Assembly (NCBI GenBank): GCA_046292385.1
Contig: JBKBRF010000001.1
Span: 127,305 to 191,304 of the forward strand
DNA from: Armatimonadota bacterium
GTDB taxonomy: Bacteria > Armatimonadota > SYMT01
DNA: 64,000 nt
Direction: 5' to 3'
In this document: piece by piece, positions 59,071-64,000 of the stretch
How positions within the stretch are numbered: the stretch's first letter is position 1
Layout: each line of letters starts with the position of its first letter
Program-made: the position numbers and the translations under genes
The notes under the pieces: generated by a model
The model's input: only the letters and a program-made list of their open reading frames with translations
Told to the model about the DNA's origin: nothing
Databases searched by the model: none

Positions 59071-60006
59071 GTGCCTTCAATGAAGGGATACCTCCTGCGG
59101 TTGGCATTGGGCGGCGCCATTCTGGCAGCGCTGGTCTACTCCGGAAAGCTCACGCCGTCGGCGTTTGCTTCCCTAGACGGAGCCGACTGCCTGGCGCTGG
59201 TGGGTGTTGCCGGGGTTGCACTCCTGAGCACCTCGCTGCGATGGTTTGTCCTCGTCTCTCCACTGCTTCAGCGCTCAGATTCCGCCAACGCGCTGGCCAC
59301 GGCATTGTCCAGTAACATCTACGCTTTCATCTCTCCCGCTGGCGTAGGTGTAGACGTGGCACGCGCACTGGCACTGCGCCGTAAGGGCGACATCTCTCCA
59401 GCGATCGCCGCGTCGTCCAGTATCGTAGACCGAACACTGGGACTGTGGGGGTTGCTGGTCTACTCCGCGCTGGTTGGCTGCTTTGCCGCGTCCCGTGATC
59501 CGCTGCTCCGCCTGTCCTGGATCGCCGTCTCGGCAGCAGCCTGTATCGCTACCGCTGTGCTCCTGGTGTTCCTGAACCCGGTAATGCCCCTGCCGAGTGG
59601 AGTTTCAAGGCTGATACCAGAGAAGCTTCGGACTGCTCTGGCGCTGGTGCACCTGCGGAAGCACCCGCGGACTTTTGGCATGGCCGTCCTCCTGGCGCTT
59701 CTAGCGGCTGCCGCCAATCAGGCGCTGCCGGTACTCGCGTACTCGGCACTCACCGAAGGAAGTGTCGGCGTGGAGCAGTGGTTCGGGGGGGCGCTGGTGA
59801 TTATCGTGAACTCGTTTGGCTTGACGCCCGGTGGGCTGGGGATTGGCGAAGCCGCGGGTGTTCAGCTTCTCCACGCCACCGGAGGGGCAGAGGCGATCCT
59901 CCTGACCCGCGCTTCGCTCGCGCTCTGGGCTGCGGTGTTCTTGCTTCCAAATCCGACCGTGCTGAGCTGGCTCATTCCGGCTCGGGGGGAGAGTCACTCG
60001 TCATGA
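59071..60006 (+). CDS. Lysylphosphatidylglycerol-synthase-TM family membrane protein (putative flippase)
   Basis: LRW, PAGVGVDVAR, VDRTLGL, TPGGLGIGE; about 8 TM. Confidence 0.72.
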   Translation: MPSMKGYLLRLALGGAILAALVYSGKLTPSAFASLDGADCLALVGVAGVALLSTSLRWFVLVSPLLQRSDSANALATALSSNIYAFISPAGVGVDVARALALRRKGDISPAIAASSSIVDRTLGLWGLLVYSALVGCFAASRDPLLRLSWIAVSAAACIATAVLLVFLNPVMPLPSGVSRLIPEKLRTALALVHLRKHPRTFGMAVLLALLAAAANQALPVLAYSALTEGSVGVEQWFGGALVIIVNSFGLTPGGLGIGEAAGVQLLHATGGAEAILLTRASLALWAAVFLLPNPTVLSWLIPARGESHSS

Positions 60007-61769
60007 AGTCAGTAGTGAAGGCGATGTCGGGTGTGCGTGGGATGATCGGCGCGTATTTGATCATCATCCTCGCCAGCGCCGCGGCCCACGGGCTTTTATT
60101 GATCAACGATGGAAATTACCACGACGGCCTGCTCCTCTCGCTATCGCTTCAAGCGCAGGATTGGTCCATAGTTCACGAGATCTTCGACACCAGCGGACTG
60201 CCGCTCTATGGCTGGTTTCATCGGGTGTTCGGGGCAGCGTCGGATTTCACCCTGGCTTATCGACTGGCGGCGTTCATCCTTCTGGCCACCATTGGGTGCC
60301 TTACCGCGCATCTGATCCGGGTTTGGGTGGGAGCCCGCGCGCTGGAGGCCGCGGTCGGTGGTGTCCTGGTGGTAGTCCATCCGGCGTGGGTCGTGTCGCT
60401 GGCATTGGTCAACGTCCCATATCTGGCCTTCCTGGCGATCTACTTGACCGGTGTGGCACTGATGATTCGGTGGGAACGAAGTGGCTCCACCTTCGGGCTT
60501 ACCCGGCTCGCGGCGCTGCTTTGTTTCGGAGTCAGCTTCCATCTGGAATCTCTTTTGGTGGTGCATCTGGCAGTCTTGTTGTTGATGTCGTTTTCCGGGC
60601 ACGAGACGCGGCCATCGAAGTCAGAGATCATTCGGTATTTCACACGGCGTCTTGACTTCGTCCTGCTCCCGTTCGCGTGGTACTTTCTGTCTCGGCAGAT
60701 CTGGCCGCGAACCGGGGCCTATGCGGAATACAACGCGATCAGGGTTACTCCGTATGCGCTGAAGCGTGGAGTAACGATGTTCCTGTCCTACGGCTTACTG
60801 GAGCTTGCGCGAGATGCGCTTCGCGAGATCCTCAAGTCGCCCGTGGCCAGCGCCTTGATATTCTTCGGCGCGGCGGGCGCCACGCGAGGACTGGTCACCG
60901 GATCGCGTGCTCGAGTACGCGGACTGCTCGCGGCGGCGCTCGTCCTCTTCATGGCAGGGGTACTCCCGTATCTCATCGCGCGGAAGTGGCCGTCGAGTGA
61001 CATGGTGCATCTTCGCCATATGCTGGTCCTTACGTTCCCGCTCGCACTACTGGGGGTCGTGTTTCTGCGTCTCATTGCCCGCCCAGCGAACAATCGGCTT
61101 GAGTACCTGGGGTTATCGACGCTGGCTTTAGCCGCGTTTGGAATGTCACTGGTCTCGGTGAAGTACCATCAGATGTGGTACTTCACCTATCTCGAGAGAG
61201 CTGCCCTCGTGCAGCAACTCTCGCGCCTCCCAAACGCGACCCAGTATTCGATGTTCTGGATCGATGACCAGGCCGTACGGATGCCGCCGGGTGTATCGAG
61301 CTACGTTCTTGGTACCGCCAGTTACGAATGGGGGGCCCTGTTTACTTCGGTGTGGCACGATGAGAGGCGGATCGGTTACGACTCTGCTGTAGCTGAGCGA
61401 TACAATGCGCGGGGACTGAGCCAGGTTTTCGAGGACCTTCCGAAGTTTCGAAACTACCGCTTAAGAAACCTCGATCTTGAGGGGCGGCAGGGGATCGTGA
61501 AGGCAACTCCAGGTGAGTCGTTGCCGAGCCAGGCCGCCCTTCTGGACAGCGCGACGCGGATGAAGCTGATCTGGGATTATCGAGCCGCAGCCGCACGGGG
61601 TGAGAGCGAACGAGCTCGCTTTCTCCGTGGGTTGGTCGATGTCCAGCTCCACGATTACGTCTTCGACAAGAGCTCCATCGACGCTAAAGCGAGCGTGCCG
61701 AGGCACGGAACGATGGAACGGGTAGCCACTCCGAACGACCTTGCGACTCGCGCCGCTGGAGGAGATTAG
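60003..61769 (+). CDS. Multi-TM protein, probable GT-C glycosyltransferase
   Basis: About 11-12 TM, acidic first loop (NDGNYHDG) and soluble C-terminal domain; follows GT2 and the putative flippase. Start ATG 60003. Confidence 0.55.
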   Translation: MKSVVKAMSGVRGMIGAYLIIILASAAAHGLLLINDGNYHDGLLLSLSLQAQDWSIVHEIFDTSGLPLYGWFHRVFGAASDFTLAYRLAAFILLATIGCLTAHLIRVWVGARALEAAVGGVLVVVHPAWVVSLALVNVPYLAFLAIYLTGVALMIRWERSGSTFGLTRLAALLCFGVSFHLESLLVVHLAVLLLMSFSGHETRPSKSEIIRYFTRRLDFVLLPFAWYFLSRQIWPRTGAYAEYNAIRVTPYALKRGVTMFLSYGLLELARDALREILKSPVASALIFFGAAGATRGLVTGSRARVRGLLAAALVLFMAGVLPYLIARKWPSSDMVHLRHMLVLTFPLALLGVVFLRLIARPANNRLEYLGLSTLALAAFGMSLVSVKYHQMWYFTYLERAALVQQLSRLPNATQYSMFWIDDQAVRMPPGVSSYVLGTASYEWGALFTSVWHDERRIGYDSAVAERYNARGLSQVFEDLPKFRNYRLRNLDLEGRQGIVKATPGESLPSQAALLDSATRMKLIWDYRAAAARGESERARFLRGLVDVQLHDYVFDKSSIDAKASVPRHGTMERVATPNDLATRAAGGD

Positions 61770-61771
61770 AA

Positions 61772-62731
61772 ATGGCCCGCGTACTCGTAACCGGCGCGGC
61801 CGGTTTCATCGGCTCACACGTGAGCGAGCGACTTCTCTCCCGCGGCGATACCGTAATCGGTCTCGACTGCTTCGATCCGTTCTATCCCAGGCCGATCAAG
61901 GAGCGAAACCTGGAAGGTCTGCGCTCGCATCCGCAGTTCACCCTGGTGGAGGCCGACCTGCGGAACGTCGGCTCCGTAATGGACGCGTTTCACGAGCACC
62001 GGCCGGAGCGAGTCGTCCACCTCGCCGCGAAGGCGGGGGTGCGTCCCTCCATCCAGGATCCCGCCGCCTACGTGCAGACGAACATCACCGGCACCCTCCA
62101 CCTCCTTCTCGCGAGCGGTGAAGTGCCGGTGGAGCATGTCGTCTTCGCGTCGTCCTCCTCCGTTTACGGCGATGCCTCGCGCGTGCCGTTCGTGGAGACC
62201 GATGCGACCGACGAGCCGGCGTCGCCGTACGCCGCCACCAAGAAGGCGGGGGAGGCGCTCTGCTTTACCTACCACCGCCTGCTGAACCTGCCGATCACCT
62301 GCCTCCGCTTCTTCACCGTTTTTGGCCCCCGGCAGCGACCGGACCTGGCGATCAACAAGTTCGTGCGCCTGATCGAGGCCGGGAAGCCGGTGCCGTTCTT
62401 CGGCGACGGCACCACCAGCCGGGACTACACCTACGTAGACGACACCGTGGACGGCATCCTGGCGGCGCTCGATAACCCGGACGGCTACCAGATCTACAAC
62501 CTCGGCCGCAGCGACCCCGTCTCCCTGCGCGACATGCTGGCGACGATCGAGCGGGTGGTCGGCAAGCCGGCGATCATCGACCAGCAGCCGGACCAGCCGG
62601 GCGACGTCCGCACCACCTACGCGGACGTGAGCAAGGCCGCCGAGCGCCTCGGCTACGCCCCCAAGGTGGAGTTCGAGGAAGGAATTCGCCGGTTCGTCTC
62701 GTGGTTCCGTCAGCAGCCGTCGAATGGGTGA
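61772..62731 (+). CDS. UDP-glucuronate 4-epimerase-like SDR
   Basis: GAAGFIGS, HLAAKAGVRPS, SPYAATKK, RFFTVFGPRQRPDLA, QPGDV. Confidence 0.88.
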   Translation: MARVLVTGAAGFIGSHVSERLLSRGDTVIGLDCFDPFYPRPIKERNLEGLRSHPQFTLVEADLRNVGSVMDAFHEHRPERVVHLAAKAGVRPSIQDPAAYVQTNITGTLHLLLASGEVPVEHVVFASSSSVYGDASRVPFVETDATDEPASPYAATKKAGEALCFTYHRLLNLPITCLRFFTVFGPRQRPDLAINKFVRLIEAGKPVPFFGDGTTSRDYTYVDDTVDGILAALDNPDGYQIYNLGRSDPVSLRDMLATIERVVGKPAIIDQQPDQPGDVRTTYADVSKAAERLGYAPKVEFEEGIRRFVSWFRQQPSNG

Positions 62732-63325
62732 GGTGGCGGGGACGCGGCCATGGCTGCGGGGTTACTCGCGAGTGGTCGGCATCGACACGAGCTCCTCGGG
62801 GGGGGGCTAACCTACCAGTGGGCGACGCCTGATCTGCCGCCTCTGAGCGGCGTCGGATACTCCGCACTGGCGCCTCCAGGACGCAGGCCAGGACCCTGGA
62901 GCCGGTTGACGCGGCACTCCAGGACTCGTGCGTGTTTCCGCGTGGGGTGGTGCAGTCCCAGGGGTGGGCCGGAGCTTCCGAGGAACGACCGGAGAGTCGG
63001 GCCCAATCGGGCGGTCACCTCCCGCACTGGCGCGCTGCCATGCCTCGCTGCCCCGACAAACTGGCAGGCGCTCCGGTAGGGCTCCGGGTGCAGGAAGCCG
63101 ACTATTCTATGGACTGGTCGGCTCGAAGTGGCGAGTGGCCGGTTGGATAGCTCGAGGTTCACGAACGAGAGCCGGACAGCCCTCTGCTCCCAGGATGCTG
63201 TTGTGGATGTGAGAGGGCACGCGCGGAACGGGTTCGGTGCGCTTACTGCGGACCCGGCCTGAAGTTTGGCCTGGGGCCCACTCCTCGCCCTGTGAGTTTC
63301 AATGTGAACGGATCCCGGAGATACG

Positions 63326-64000
63326 ATGGCTCTTGATTCTGTGCTGCCGGCAGCTTCTCTCCCAAACGCCGCCGAGACACATCCGTCTCTCTCATTTCGC
63401 CTCGAGGCAAACTCGTGCGCCGAGAACCTGATCCCGCCGGGTTTTCGGTTCGCGGGCACGGTGGATGGCTACGCACTCTACCAATTCGGGCCCGTCGTAG
63501 CGTTTGGCAGCGCTCCGTGCCGCTCGATCGAAGACTACATCCTCCAATTCTCGGGCGTGGGCGCGATTGCTATCGCGATCCCGCAAGCCCCCGATAACCG
63601 GCCGGATCACGTGCTGGTCTTCAGCGATGTCTACGGACTGACGGACTACTTCTGGACTACTGACGGCCAGAGTGTCACCGTATCCCGGGAGATTGCCAGC
63701 CTGGTGGATGACACCACCGCGATCGATGAAGTGAGCGTCTTCGATCTCTTCTTCAGGGGTGTCGTACCGTTCGAATTCACCGCGTACAGCGGTGTGAAGA
63801 AGAACATGCCGCTCTCCTACCTCCGGGTTGGTCTGCGGACACACACGTCGGTAGAATACCGGACCGTGGTGCCGGCTTCCGATCCCACCCGCACGGTGCA
63901 GGAGTTCAGGGAAAGTATGGAGGCATCGCTTGCGGTTCTAGGGAAGCACTATGCCAACCCACTTCTCTACTTCTCGGGAGGGTCTGACTCTACCGCACTC
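63326..64000 (+). CDS. Asparagine-synthase-like PP-loop protein lacking the N-terminal Cys (runs off the right edge; absent from the ORF track)
   Basis: Manual translation from ATG 63326 (GGAG upstream): MALDSVLPAA...FSDVYGLTDYFW...PFEFTAYSGVKK...LLYFSGGSDSTAL. Confidence 0.7.
   Translation, partial: MALDSVLPAASLPNAAETHPSLSFRLEANSCAENLIPPGFRFAGTVDGYALYQFGPVVAFGSAPCRSIEDYILQFSGVGAIAIAIPQAPDNRPDHVLVFSDVYGLTDYFWTTDGQSVTVSREIASLVDDTTAIDEVSVFDLFFRGVVPFEFTAYSGVKKNMPLSYLRVGLRTHTSVEYRTVVPASDPTRTVQEFRESMEASLAVLGKHYANPLLYFSGGSDSTAL

Noticed and set aside
1130..62275. Many long antisense and alternate-frame ORFs (e.g. 1130..2428, 4818..6332, 15694..17400, 52886..54139)
   Set aside because: They mirror well-supported + strand genes, lack motifs and are expected from high-GC codon bias.
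1..64000. CRISPR arrays, tRNA/rRNA, transposases, integrases and defence systems
   Set aside because: No regularly spaced repeats, cloverleafs or recombinase/nuclease motifs were seen.

Overview
Almost the whole window is one very large surface-polysaccharide locus from a high-GC bacterium: about 50 genes, all on the + strand, from 1199 to beyond the right edge. A galactokinase-like (GHMP) kinase runs divergently off the left edge. The taxon cannot be established from the sequence; Armatimonadota is only a guess. The locus combines (i) hybrid export machinery: Wzc, an SLBB/Wza-type protein, Wzm/Wzt and a Wzy/O-antigen-ligase-type membrane protein, with no Wzx visible; (ii) two nonulosonic-acid pathways: neuBCA-like genes followed by an amidotransferase and two oxidoreductases, and a complete pseBCFGHI; (iii) three unclassified GT-B-like candidate nonulosonate transferases; (iv) many tailoring enzymes (deacetylases, formyl-, methyl- and acetyltransferases, FemX-like, CapK-like); (v) wbpL/wbpM initiation genes; and (vi) a terminal Arn/Gtr-like lipid-carrier glycosylation module that may make an unusual tri-amino sugar. 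Reading the intergenic DNA shows unannotated relics of wbpL and wecB plus a truncated SDR. These suggest an SDR-wbpL-wecB cassette present in up to three partial copies with complementary decay, flanking a lower-GC tailoring insert. No rRNA, tRNA, CRISPR array or transposase was recognised. All calls come from motifs read by eye; no searches were run.
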